Of a stretch of DNA of 64,000 bases, positions 13,324 through 26,700 are shown in pieces. Below the pieces are notes generated by a model. The model was not told where the DNA came from. It made no database searches and saw only the letters and a program-made list of their open reading frames with translations. The stretch's first letter is position 1, and each line of letters opens with the position of its first letter. Position numbers and translations under genes: made by a program. Source of the stretch: Octopus vulgaris. Its lineage: Eukaryota. The DNA lies in assembly GCA_951406725.2 (NCBI GenBank), contig OX597815.1, positions 162,688,001 through 162,752,000 of the forward strand, written 5' to 3'.

Positions 13324-14454
13324 GAGAACACAAATAGGGTTTTAAATTTATGATGGCTATTTTGGTAGAATTTTATTGATGTATTCATATTGTACCTAGC
13401 CATTTCTGGTATCCTACATGTTGATAGGCCTAGATTCTATTAAATTCTATAACTAAGCTATACATACACCTATGTGTATGCGTGTATGTATGCATGCATG
13501 TGTGTGTGCTTGTGTGTACTTGTGCGTGCATGTGTGTGTGCTTGTGTGTACTTGTGCATGCATGTGTGTGTTTGTGTGTGTGTGCGTGTGCATGTGTTTG
13601 TGTGTGTGTGTATCAAAGAATTGAAAGAAGAAAACTGGTTAAGAAGATAAGAATGTTTGTGAGATAAGCAGGTAAGTGAAATAGTGTTTATCTGTCTATT
13701 TTGAAGTGCTTGACCAGTTTAAATACTAAGGAATAGCACCAATTTCTTCTTTAAATATGTGTCTAAATTTCCATAATTACTGCTATTCAAAATGAGATGG
13801 AATTATGATTTTGGTCCTGTAGAAGAAATTGCAGTACACAGTTGTTCTGCATTCAAAAGATCAAAGCCAATTTTGCCCTGTAATCAATAGGCAATAGATT
13901 GCTTGATGGATCTTTTAGTAGCAGCAATAAACATCTCAGACCTAAGACAAAATTTGGCAAGAGAGTGTGTTAGTCTATTTCTCAGATTTTATATGTACAT
14001 ACATACATAATACATACATACATACACACATACATACATACATACATACATTCATACATACATACATACATACATACATACATTCATACATGCATATATT
14101 CACACACACAAACATACATACAGTTAAATACATACATACATAAATACAGATAAATACATACATAAATATTGATAAATACATACATTCTTTACATACACAC
14201 GTACATACATGCATGCATGCATACATACATACATATATCTACATACATAATATACATGCATATAAATATATACATATATAATACACATATACAAATATAT
14301 ACATAATATACAAGCATACACACACATACATATGTACATACATACATGAATGCATACATATGTACGTAGGTACATAGATATATACATACATTGATTCATA
14401 TATATACACCCATACATATGTATGTATACATGCGTTTGTATAATCTTACCTTAC

Positions 14455-14475
14455 CTTAATGTATCTGTCATAAAC
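14455..14475 (-). CDS. Candidate 21-nt micro-exon (VYDRYIK)
   Basis: TTTTGATGTTTTTATAGTAG|GTTTATGACAGATACATTAAG|GTAAGG: strong acceptor and donor, frame-preserving and open. Confidence 0.4.
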
Positions 14476-15631
14476 CTACTATAAAAACATCAAAAGTAAT
14501 AATTAAGTTTTGAAGACCTCAATTTAGAATCTTTCATATTATTAGATTCATCTTCAGCTGAAAATTATTTTAGCATGTATATGAGTGCACACACACACAT
14601 GCACACACACACACACACACACACAATGTACACTGATATTTTAGGAATTGTGTCCTTATCTTGCTTATTATGGTCACAATATTTTGGCCAATCTGGCTTC
14701 TGACCTTCTTAAAGTGCTGCTCATATTCTTGAAATTTCAAACCAATTCCATTATTTCATTATTAAATCCACTAAGGGTACCGAGCTGCTTGCAGAAATGT
14801 TTGCATACCAGACAAATTGTTTAGTAGCATTTCTTCTGACTTTACATTCTGAGTTCAAATTCCACCCTCAGTCCAAATAGTTCTGATAAAAATCATCCAA
14901 AAGTTCAGAGTTCTATCGCCACTGATGGTGGCATTTCAAAAACAGCAAGAGGACACCCATAAACATGGCTTCCTTTGAGTGTGAGATAGGAATTCTTCCT
15001 CTGAAGATTTCTCCTACTGTCTGCTTACCCCATATCAAGTTTCTACTTAATACTATGCTTTTTCTAATCATTTAGTTGCTCATGTAATCAACATAGATAC
15101 CCTTTTGGTCCACTAACATTTGATTTAGTGGAATATCCAGGTTATGACAGTTGGAGGGTGGAAGCATATGGTTTAATGGTTAGTGTGTTGCCTTCCTGAT
15201 CATAAGATTGTGGTTTCGATTCCTGAACCAGACAATGCATTGTGATCTTGAGCAAAACGCGTAGTTTCAGATTGCTCCAATCCATTCAGCTGTCACCAGT
15301 CCATCTTGCAATGGTCTGGTGTCCAGAGGGAGAATGTATATGCTTGCAAAAGTGAGTTAGTTGGACCTTTATTTCAAGGGTCAAGCCTTGTCACATTCTG
15401 TGACATGCTGAATCACTCTGAGTAAATCATCAAGGGTCTGTGGAACACTCTGAATCATTCTGAGTAAATCATCATGTGTCTGTGGAACACTCAGCCACTT
15501 GGAGTCCTCATTGTCATAACTGATGGAGTGCCAGTATTATATATGTTACGGAATCCAGGAGACCAATCACATGAGCCTATGGCTTGGGAGGGATATTGCG
15601 TTGTTTTTTTTTTACCAGCAGGAAGTGTGTG

Positions 15632-15675
<44 letters not shown>

Positions 15676-16329
15676 TTAGAACAGGATTTGTATTTTCTTT
15701 TTTTATCAACCCTGAAAGGGATGAAAAGCAAAAGTAGTTTGGCAAGATGCACTTAAAAAGTTTACTTTACAATCACAAGGTTGCATGATAGTAAGCCATA
15801 ATAATGTTTTTAACTCTGCATTGATTGGTAGTGATTATCACAGTCAACATAAATATTTAAGGTTCTTAGCATGTAGCATAGTAGTTAAGGTACTATGCTC
15901 ATAATCATAATGTAGTGAGTTCGTTTCCTGGACCAGGTGGAGTCTTGTGTTCTTGAGCTCTGTGTTCTTTAGAAAATTGAGCTCATGTTCTTTACTCAAC
16001 TAAAATGGATTACAGCCCTTAACCCCCCCCACACACACATCATCTTCATTGCTGCCAATATCTTCACTGTAGACATCATCGCCAATATTACCCTCACCAT
16101 CATCTACATCTTCTCCATCACCGTCTTCATCAGCATCATTGTCATCATCTACCCCTTTATCTCCTACATCCTCCTCCCCCTCCACCGCCCCTACATCTTT
16201 CTCATAGTCATCTTCATCATCATCATCATCTCTTTCTTCTTCTTCAACCTCCTCCTCTGCTACACTTAAAGTCCTCGTCTACCACTTCAATAACCCACTC
16301 CACTCTCCCCCTCACAACCCCGAACTCAA

Positions 16330-17750
16330 CACCAAACTAGCTAGACTTAAACAATCCATATTTAACATATTAGATAAACACTCTTCCCCCTCACATAGCC
16401 TTACTAAATCCCAATTCCTGACCTTTCAAAACTTAAGAAACAAAAACCTCATCTACTTACATTCAGACAAAGGGAAAGAATTCTGCATTATAGACAAACC
16501 CACCTACGACAAACTAGCTATTGAACACCTCAGTGACACCACGCTATATGAAAAGGTCCACTTCACACCTCACCAACTGGAATCCACCATTGACATCAGC
16601 AAGACCAACATCTGTCACCAAAGGAATCTCTCTCAGAAGGCTAGACTGAACTACACATCTAAAAACAACACCCTTCCATCCTTCTACCATTTAATAAAAA
16701 CCCACAAACCCGGACCTAAGCTTAAAATCAGACCCATAGTATGAGAAATTAATGGTCCTTTCGACAATATTTCTTGGCTCCTCTCTAAACTTCTCAAGCC
16801 CTTACTACATGCATTCCCCAGACGTGTCAGAAGCTCCCACGAAATCTTCACAGGACTCAAAGATATCGACCCCTCCATACTTAAAACTAACAAATACCCT
16901 TTTAGTTTAGATGTAGTTTCCCTCTACACCTCTGTACCCGATCTCTCAGCCATTGATATCTTCATAGACCACATCATGTCCTTATCTCAATCCACATATC
17001 CCCCTCCCCCCTGCAACCTTCTCTTCTCTATCTTCTCTTACCTCCCCATCCATCAGCCTCCAGCTCGTCGGTGTCACACCCTTGGACATACGAAAGTTAC
17101 TAACCATTATAGTTGGTCACACCTACTTCCAATATAATGGTGTGATTTACAAACAGACTTTCGGCCTACCTATGGGATCTAGCCTTTCAGGCCTGCTGGC
17201 CATCATGTACATGGGTAAGCTACAACACACAGCACTCAACACCTGCTGCTCATGCATCTTCTTCTCTAGGTATGTTGATGACATCCTTATCATCATGTCC
17301 TCCAGGGATGAAGCCATTAACATACACTGGACCTTCAATAACACAGACATAAACATCAAATTTGAGATTGAACATCCAGATGAATCTGGAACCCTCACTC
17401 TACTCGACTTTCAAATCAAGATGACAGAGGAAGGCTCCATATTTACCAAATTCTACAGAAAAGCCACTAATAGAAAACTTTTCATCTACTACCAATCAGC
17501 CTTACTCACCAGAGCTAAAGCCACATACATGAGAAATGAGATTGCTTGTATAAACAACAATTGCAGCAACATGACTGACAAAGCCGTCAACACCAAGCAG
17601 TTCCTCAGAGACCTAACCCTCAATGGCCACCCACCATCTTTAGCTAAATAATGGCGCCTAAAGAATATCAAGATCAATAAACCCCAGAAGAACCATCATA
17701 CTCCCAAGACTGGCACGTGCTTCCTTAAGCTACCACACTTTGATGACAGA
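16330..17750 (+). mobile_element. Penelope-like element reverse transcriptase remnant (3'-truncated)
   Basis: SDKG, FYHLIKTHK, KIRPIV, FSLDVVSLYTSVP, YKQTFGLPMGSSLS, RYVDDI and LTLLDF are PLE RT motifs; in-frame stops are present. Confidence 0.9.
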
Positions 17751-17754
17751 ACTA

Positions 17755-19135
17755 CTGCAGAGAGCAGAAAATGCCATTATATATGGCCTTCATTGATCTG
17801 ACGAAGGCCTTTGACTTGGTAAGTAGAAAAGGCCTCTTCATTCTGCTCCAAAAAATTGGATGTCCACCAAAGCTGCTGAGGATCATCAAGTCTTTCCATG
17901 ATGATATGCAAGGCACCATACAGCACAATGGTTCAACATCAGCCGCCTTCCAAATAAAAAAATGGGGTAAAGCAAGGTTGTGTCCTTGCTCCTACATTAT
18001 TTGGCATCTTCTTCTTGCTCTTGCTCTCACATGCCTTTCAGACATCAGATGATGGAGTGTTTCTACACAGTAGAAGTGATGGGAAACTGTTCAATCTCTC
18101 ATGCCTGCATGTCAAGACCAAAATCAGAAGCGTCCTGATCAAGGAGATGCTATTTGCTGATGATGCCGCTCTGGTATCACACACAGAAGAAGCCCTCCAA
18201 AGGCTCATCAACCGTTTTGAGCAAGCATGTAACGACTTTGGCTTAGTTATCAGCCTCAAGAAGACCAACATCATGGGTCAGGCTACATCAGACATCCCAC
18301 ACATACATATTGGAAACCACAGATTACAGGAGGTGAAGAGGTTTACCTATCTTGGCTCTACTGTCACCTACAACCTATCCCTTGATGCTGAGCTCAATAT
18401 ACGCATTGGCAAGGTAGCTGCTGCAATGGCCCAACTCTCCAAACGGGCATGGGACAACAATAAGCTGACCAAGACCACGAAAATGAAGATCTACAGGCAT
18501 GTGTATTTAGCACTCTACTGTATGGAAGTGAGACTTGGACGCCATACACACGCCAAGAGCGTCGCCTAAACATTTTTCACCTGCACTGCCTCCGGAAAAT
18601 CCTTCGCATCAAATAGCAGAATCATGTCCCCAACAAAGATGTCCTCAAGCAAGCAGGAATACCAAGCATGTTTGCACTCCTCACACAAAGACGTATGAAA
18701 TGGCTTGGGCATGTTAGCCATATGAAAGATGGCAGAATCCCCAAGGACATACTCTACGGAGAGCTTGCTAGGGGTACTAGGTCTGTGGGAAGACCATTCT
18801 TACAATACAAGGAGGTTTGCAAAAGGGACATGAAGGCCTGCAACATCAATATTAGCAATTGAGAAGCAGTTGCCAGCAACCGTGGAGATTGGCGACGTAC
18901 CGTAAAAGAGGGAGAAATGGAATGACAAGAAAAGACGTCAACAAGAAACTATGACATTACAACCAGCCAGGAACAGTCTTCGCTACATTTGCGGCACCTG
19001 CCAGAGGGAGTGTTTGTCCAGTATAGGACTACACAGCCACAGCAGGAAATGTATTAGGACATGAAATGTAAAAGCCGGACTAGATTATTTTATGCGCAAC
19101 TCTATTGTCTCCCGAGACAAAAAGGATGCCAACCA
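17755..19135 (+). mobile_element. RTE (BovB-like) LINE, 5'-truncated and decayed
   Basis: LYMAFIDLTKAFD, LFADD, FTYLGS, WLGHV..M.DGRIPKDILYGEL, C-terminal C2H2-like YICGTCQRECLSSIGLHSH, and tail hairpin TGTCTCCCGAGACA. Confidence 0.9.
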
Positions 19136-19139
19136 ACAT

Positions 19140-19415
19140 GGGAGCTTTCATGTGGTGCCACATGGGCACTTTAATGTGACATCGCACAATCGCTTTTACG
19201 TGTCACTACATTGGCACTTTTACATGACACTGCTTGGACACTTTTATATGGCACTACCATGAGTGCTTTACACTACCAGAAGAATTGGTCTTAACACTTC
19301 TACTGTGGAGCACAGGCCTTCATGAGTATGGCAAAGCACCAGGTATCTCAGTCCTTTGTCATCTCACCTGAAAGGTTCAGCATCCTGAGGTTGTTCTTCA
19401 GTGCTTCATCCACTT
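19140..19415 (-). mobile_element. RTE ORF end plus degenerate ~24-bp 3' UTR subrepeats
   Basis: EVDEALKNNLRMLNLSGEMTKD.DTW resembles 35740-35820; repeated GCACTTTTAYRTG units. Confidence 0.6.
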
Positions 19416-19793
19416 CAGCAATTGTAGTGTGTACTACAATAATATTGTAGTGCTGTAACAGTTCGTTTTTTTACTCTAAGTTCTGTCTTGATGAAGAAGA
19501 TCTATAACAAAGGTTTTCTGTGCAGGTCCCTTACTGTTCTATTCAGATCATTTAGGATCATCATATGATGTGTATTTCTTTTTTTCAAAGATAACTGGAT
19601 GTACTTTGAGGGAGATTTGACAGCTATTTCTAACTATTATTGGTTTGATTTGTTAAGTTGGTAAAAGCAGAGAGAGGTAAACTCATGTATGTATTATATT
19701 TAATAAGAATAATAACTAAATCAATTTACAAGTTACGGTGATGTACTTGCATAGCAAGTGACCTGATCTGAGATCGTGTGCTGGAACGAAAAT

Positions 19794-20072
19794 AATTGCA
19801 GCGTGGAAGATGTTTATAAGCCATTTAAGAAACACACAAAACCGTTAGATTCACTTCAACATTTAAATTTAATTTGTCAAATTATTTTCATCGTTTTGAG
19901 ACCACAACCTGTTCACTGATAAAATATATGCAGCACAGAATTTTGTCAGTGAACAGGTCGCGGTTTCAAAGCAACGAAAATATTTTGACAGATTAAATTT
20001 GAATGTTGAAGTGAATCTAACAGTTTTTGTGTGTTTCTTAAATGGCTTATAAAGACCTCCCACACTGCAATT
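19794..20072. repeat. Fold-back element, about 132-bp arms, one hammerhead-like motif per arm
   Basis: Arms 19794-19925 and 19940-20072 are reverse complements around a ~14-nt loop. Confidence 0.9.
19941..19992 (+). ncRNA. Minimal type I hammerhead ribozyme motif, G3-C8 core variant (mirror copy 19873-19923 on minus)
   Basis: TTTGTCA-GTGAACA-G-GTCGC(9)GCAAC-GAAA-ATATT-T-TGACAGA; stem III AATATT is palindromic. Confidence 0.6.
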
Positions 20073-20079
20073 TAGAAGT

Positions 20080-21500
20080 AATTTCATGGAAAAATATTCT
20101 GTCACAACAGAAATCAATTTGAAGATAGCAGATTTCCTAGATGTGATCTTGGAGTTGTAATATGGTACCTATAGGCCTTTTAGGAAGCTGAATGAGAGGC
20201 TGACATATATTAACACAGCTTCCTGTTATTGAGCCATAGTATTTAGAAACCTGGTAAAGGGATCAGCAGAAGAAACTCCAACCTATTTTAAGTAAAGAAA
20301 TTTTTGATGCCACTGCATCAAAGTATAATGAGGCTCAGGCTGCCAACAGTTTTAAGGTAAGGATTAGTAACACACTAGACCCTAACCCATTCAAGAGAAA
20401 ACATCACCAGAAAGTGTTGTGGTTCACACCTCCTTTCTCCTTAAGAGTAAACACTTGTGTGTGGTGGATTTTCTTTAGCTTAGTGGATAAGCTTTCCCTG
20501 GAAGAATCAGCTTTATAAAAGTTTTAATAGGCACAACTTAAGTTTCCTTAATCTGTGGACTTAGTGTAAAAAAAAGATATTAGTAGGTAAGCCCACACCT
20601 TAGACAGAAACAGGATGCTCATGTAGAGATAATACTACATGTCCCTTTAATGGGTCACTGTAATATGGAGTTGTATATGAGGCAGAGGTAACATCAAAAG
20701 GACCAAATGGGCTGCTGAATGTGCAAAAGTATGTGAGAGTGACAGAAAGTCCTCTCAGGATCAGATTCAATAACTATAAGTCCTCCTTCAAAATCACCAA
20801 GAATTGAAATGTCACACGTCAAGCTAGACATGTATGATCATTAAAGGAAAGTGCTACAGAGTACAGCACACAAGCGAAAATCTTTGACAAGTGCAAGGCT
20901 TATTTTAATAACAGCAGAATATGTGTATAATGTTTAACCAAGAAAAGAATCATCTTAAAAATATCTCAGCACTCAGGTATCTATTTAAACTGCCGACATG
21001 AGATTTTTAGATCTTGCCCACATGAAAGATGGTATATTGTATTGTATCTATAGGTCCCATCATGACCATGATCACCAATTATCCACCTGTGGCTCTTTTG
21101 CTAACATACCCAGAGAACCCAACGAAGAGTTTAACCAAACATACACATGTGCCCTAACATGGGATTAAATGTTTAGACACACACCCATTCCCCCAAATCC
21201 TACATATATAATACCCTTACACATATTGCAACCTTACATGAATTCCAACCCTTTTCAGAAAGCTCTTGTAGTCATACAACATCTCAGAGACTTTGGGGAC
21301 AAGGAACATAACTCTTAATATAACCCTTACCCTGGATGTAATTTTTCTCCTCTAATAAAGGAGAGCATCCCCCCCACACACACCTGTCAGCTCTGATGAG
21401 TATGCAATATTACTTAATGTGCTGTTGTCTAACATCCAGTTTAATACCTAGTGTGAAACTGGTTGGTTAGATCGGACATAATGGAAATATAATACTGTAT
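20080..21500 (+). mobile_element. Decayed Penelope-like element (RT thumb, GIY-YIG, 3' pLTR)
   Basis: DFLDVILEL, YRPFRK, KVLWFTPPFS, CSCRDNTTCPFNG, GVVYEAEV..KYVRVTE..RIRFNNYKSSF and EIFRSCPH. Confidence 0.85.
21385..21478 (+). ncRNA. Type I hammerhead ribozyme motif in PLE 3' end (degenerate)
   Basis: CTGATGA at 21393-21399 and GAAA at 21455-21458; stem I TGTCAGCT pairs imperfectly with AGATCGGACA. Confidence 0.6.
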
Positions 21501-22516
21501 ACTTTGATATATATATATTTAGATGTACATTATGTAATATGTATGTGTCCGCGTGAATATATACATACATATATACACAAACACACACACATACACAAGG
21601 AAAAGGTATGTTAAATAATGTTCAAGATAGTCTTTATTTATTGAAATTATCTCCCCTCCTAAGAACGTTGAACAATCACTAGGTGACAATTGCTACCAAC
21701 TTAAACATCAAAAGGGAGATAACCTAAAGAACCAAGTACTCTCCAAAAATTGACATGTCATTAAAGAAAAGTTTCATTGTCACATGACAAGAGGAGAGTT
21801 GGGGATACTTGCTGTCTTTTAATAGGTGTAATCAGCACACCAATTGTCTTACATTTTCATCAACACATGATGCACAAAAAGATTAGAAAATATGCCTTCA
21901 TTCAAAATGATTTGTATATATGAAATGAAAATGATCTCATAGAAGTAATTCAGTGTGACTAGTGGCATGTATTTGAACAACGAAGACAAATGAGGGTTTA
22001 TTAAATGCTATGCAAGATAAATATTTGAGGAGGGCAACCACATTTTCATTTCAGCAAGAGAGATATGAAGTCAATAGATCTGAGACATCCTGAGATGGGA
22101 GGAGGTTGCAAATGATTTTTTTTCTTTACTACCCATAGAGGGGACAAACAAGGACAGACAAACAGAATAAGTCGATTACATCGACCCCAGTGCATAACTG
22201 GTACTTTATTTATCAACCCCGAAAGGATGAAAAGCAAAGTCGACCTCAGCGGAATTTGAACTCAGAACGCAGCCACAGACGAAATACCTATTTCTTTACT
22301 ACCCACAAGGGGCTAAACATAGCGGGGACAAACAAGGACAGACAAACGGATTAAGTTGATTACATCGACCCCAGAGCGTAACTGGTACTTAATTTATCAA
22401 CCCCGAAAGGATGAAAAGCAAAGTCGACCTCGGCAGAATTTGAACTCAGAACGCAGCGGCGGACGAAATACCACACAGCATTACGCCCAGCATGCTAACG
22501 GTTCTGCCAGCACGCC

Positions 22517-22795
22517 GGAGGTTGCAAATGATTGCCCACTGTGGAGAAGAGTACTGTGCAAGGGATGGTGAGAGGGGAAAAGAAACTGAAACTTGCCGCT
22601 GGAGAAAAGCACGCTCAAAGAAAGGAAAACTCAGTAGCACCAGTGGAGAGCATCTTCAAATGCAGTTACTGTATGCAAGATGGCTACTCCCATGTGGGCC
22701 TATACAGCTACTGTAGGTGTTGCACAACCATCAGCAGTGACACAAAATTCTTCAGGAACAGATCCATGGTCTTTTGAGACTGACAGATGCCTATC
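22517..22795 (+). mobile_element. RTE (BovB-like) 3' end fragment
   Basis: FKCSYCMQDGYSHVGLYSY Zn-finger-like end and tail CCATGGTCTTTTGAGACTGACAGATGCC, similar to 18985-19135. Confidence 0.75.
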
Positions 22796-23447
22796 TAAAA
22801 AACAAGAGATAAATGCTGAGCAACAATATTGAGGCCCTCCTTTGTGACGTATGCTGGTTGTTAAGCATGCATCCCACCACATAAATTAAGTTAAAAATAG
22901 CTTCCAAAAGGTTGATGGTGGGCTGATGTGGGTATTCCAAATGCTATACGAAAAGGCAGGGATAACCTTTGAAAAATTAAACCTCTGAAAAAAAAAAAAA
23001 AGAAAAAAATTCTTCCAGTTTGGTAATCTCTATTTGTAATATGTAATTTAAAAAAAAAAATCGATTGAAGATTAAAAACAAAAATTTCCAATTATTGTGG
23101 GATATGTGGCGGTGGTGGTTTCCCCACTCTTTTTTCCCGAATTAAAATAAGGAGTTTGCTGCATATTAGGAGGTCAGGGTACTTGTAGTGAAAATCATGT
23201 GGGTGAAAAGATCAAAATTTACCGTGTTTTCTACGATAGCCCAGGGTCGACCAAAGACTTGTGAGTGGATTTGGTAGAAGAAAACTGAAAGAAGACCACG
23301 TATATATATATATCTGTAAATGTAATATGTGACAATTATTCAGTAGCCATGATAAAACTCCGAGTTTTAGATGCCGAGGTGGAAATCCACACCGCCATCT
23401 CTTCAGTTATGCACACAGACACACACACACACATATATATATATATC

Positions 23448-23519
<72 letters not shown>

Positions 23520-23543
23520 CCAAAAAAACAAATAAAAAATTCA

Positions 23544-23714
23544 TACACACTTCAGGAAAGGAAAAATCTGTATAGATTTTTAACTTGTATAAAAGTATCT
23601 CCATAAATATAGATACCTCTTTTGATGATTATCAAATTGTGATAACACTGAATAAATTGATATAACACTGCATAAAAATATTTTTACAGATTTTTCCTTT
23701 CCTGAAGTGTGTGT
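23544..23714. mobile_element. MITE with 28-bp perfect TIRs
   Basis: ACACACTTCAGGAAAGGAAAAATCTGTA (23545-23572) is the reverse complement of 23685-23712; TA at both ends. Confidence 0.75.
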
Positions 23715-23736
23715 ACATTTTTTAGACGAATTCCGT

Positions 23737-23776
<40 letters not shown>

Positions 23777-26700
23777 CGTTTATGCTTGTGTTTGTCCCCC
23801 ACCTCCGCTTGACAACCGCTGTTGGTGTGTTTACGTCCCCGTAACATAGCGGTTCAACAAAAATTTCCGATAGAATAGATACCAGGTTAAACGTACTAAG
23901 AATTTTTCAAAGCGATACCCCAGCATGGCCGCAGTATAATGACTGAAACAAAAAAAAATAAATAAAAAATTATAGACGAGGGTGACTGGCTTGACGCATG
24001 ACCCTCGCTTCGCAAACCACCTGCATCCAAATTCGATTACTACGCTGTACCTGGGCCAGGTATGTCCCACTGTAGCGTCGGACTGACCAATATTTTGGTA
24101 GGCTTAGACTCCACAGTAGCTAGACGCGCGCGCGTACGTGCGTGTGTGCGTGTGTTTATTATATGTTTGTGTGTGTGTGTGTGTTCGTGTTTATGTTTAT
24201 TGTCGTTTAAAAGCCGGTGTTGCTCATGTTGCTTTCCTCATGTTTTATAACTTAGTAGTTCGACAAATAGTTTTGGTAAAATAAATACCAGACCGAAATA
24301 AACCATGGGTTGGGACGTGGAGTTATGTGGCTATTTAAATACATTTCTTTACTACCCACAAGGGGCTAAACACAGAGTGGACAAACAAGGACAGACAGAC
24401 GGATTAAGTCGATTACATCGACTCCAGTGCGTAACTGGTACTTAATTTATCGACCCCGAAAGGATGAAAGGCAAAGTCGACCTCGGCGGAATTTGAACCC
24501 AGAACGTAACGGCAGGCGGCGAAGGTGGTGCCGGAGTTCGTTGACTGTAACGAGGTAAAGATCATAAAAATAGACAAGAAAAATACAAACGAAAATATTT
24601 TCTTTAACCAGGGGGAATAACTCTGCTTACCTAAAATCAACTATGTAAACAAAATGATAGACCGTAAGCGTCTAGTTTCCAAGGAGACCTGTCAGAAATA
24701 GTAATCAATAAAGTCTTGAATGACTTGTTTGTCAGATATGAACTTGACGTATATCTGTTTGGTCCAGCCTGATCCATATCAGCCTGTAAGTGATTCATTG
24801 AATTCGCTGCCAGTCATTGTTTTGGCTAGTGAATAGATGGGGGTTATACTTCGTGAAATTGCTTCTGAAGGTCTCCTTTTTCGGCGGCAACACGAAGCAA
24901 CTATAGTAAGAGTCAAAAATTGACATTTACAAAGAAAAAAAAAAGAAACAGAGAGAAGGGAGGATAAAGAGAAAGAGAGGAAAGGAAAGAAAAAGCAACA
25001 TTCCTAAACAGAATTAAAAAAAAAAATACCCTATAGAAAAAAATTGATGGCCAAAAGATATTTGTCTTGAAAATAAATAAATCAACGACAGACATAAATA
25101 AATGAAGTGAAAAAGTAGATACACAGCTAACAAACACAAACAAACATTAACGTTATAACGGTAACATTAAGAAAAGTAAAAAGAAGTACAACTATCATTT
25201 ACTACAACTTATAAAACAGTAATAAGAATTTTAGGAGAACTAGGAGAAGTACGTCATGTCTACTTAATATTATTAAGAATCTCAATTTGGAAAAATGTAC
25301 CTTTACAGAATATACAACGGCTGGGACACAGTTTGCATTTAGTGAGGTGAGTTAAGGAATTTTTTATTTCTTTCATAAGCCGTGTTGATTTAAAAGTTGC
25401 TGCTTTAGGCACCCTCCCCCAACTCAACACACACATTCTCACGTTCACCCTATCTCCACACTGTTATACTTGCCGTTTCATTCAGTGGGAGATTGATAGA
25501 GCAGTCCTATGATGATTGCGTTCCAGCTGTGACCATCCTGTCTTTCTTCACAATGTGTCTCGGACTACATAATCCAGTGTCCTTCCTTTGTTTATATGAT
25601 AAGAGTGGTTTACGGAGATATTTTGTCTCCTATTTCTAACAGGCATTCAAGCCGTGACCATACCGCCCTTTGAGCATAGCATATCTTGAACTTTTTTAGC
25701 CAATGTGTTTCTGTTTCTTTTCAAGTCGGAAGGGTGTAATTTGAAGGGTATTTGACTGCTATTTCTACCAAACTGAGTGACCTCTAAAGCAAGGGTGGGA
25801 AAACGTTTTGGTAGTATCAAAGGCGAACTGAACATTTTTTAGAATCCGTTAGAGCGCATCCTCCACCCCCGAGAATAATAATGACTCTTTAATTTCACAA
25901 ATCCATAGGTATGCAGCTTTGAAAGTTAGTCTTAAAACCATTTTTAGGGAGTTCTTAGAAACCTTGTTAGTGGATAGCTTCAGCTTTCGCCAGTATGTTG
26001 AAGTTTGCTACTCCTTTTGTAGAAACATCTTTGTCAGATCGTCCCTTCTTTATCAAGCATAAACGGTCCCAGTTGATGTACCAACTGATTTTATAGAAAG
26101 AGAATGTTAGTAATTGAACTTATTTACACTGAAGTTGCCCCCTGTTCTGCTATCTAAATCCATAAAACCTTTCATCTTTAAATTATGTTCTAAATACCAG
26201 TTTAATAATGACAAAATTCTGTTGATAAATTCTTCGTTATTTAAAAAATTTATCGAAACAAAAAGCTGTGTATTTCAACCGAAATGTGGTTACAAGTGAG
26301 TTACTAACCCGCCTGAAACCACCCTTAGTTTTAATAAAGCAAATCTCTTTGAATAAAGCAAATTTCATTTTACTTTATGTTCGAAACACCAGCTTAATAA
26401 TGGCTTAGTTATTTTAATAAACTTTTCATTGTTTTGCAAATTAATTAAAACAGTAACTGGTAACAGAAGGGTTAACTAATAAGCAGATTTAATTTTCTAA
26501 GTTCGTTCACTTCAGTGGATGTTTGTTTTCATATTCGCGACCGTTTTTATTATGACCGTCAACTCAAAAGCAAATAGACACCAGACTATAACAATTCAAT
26601 ACTGTCACGAACACTATTATGTTTTCTAAAACTTTTTGCACTTCAAAAAATATTTTTCTCAACTGTAATTCTGTTTCCTATCTTTCTTTAAGTATACGTG

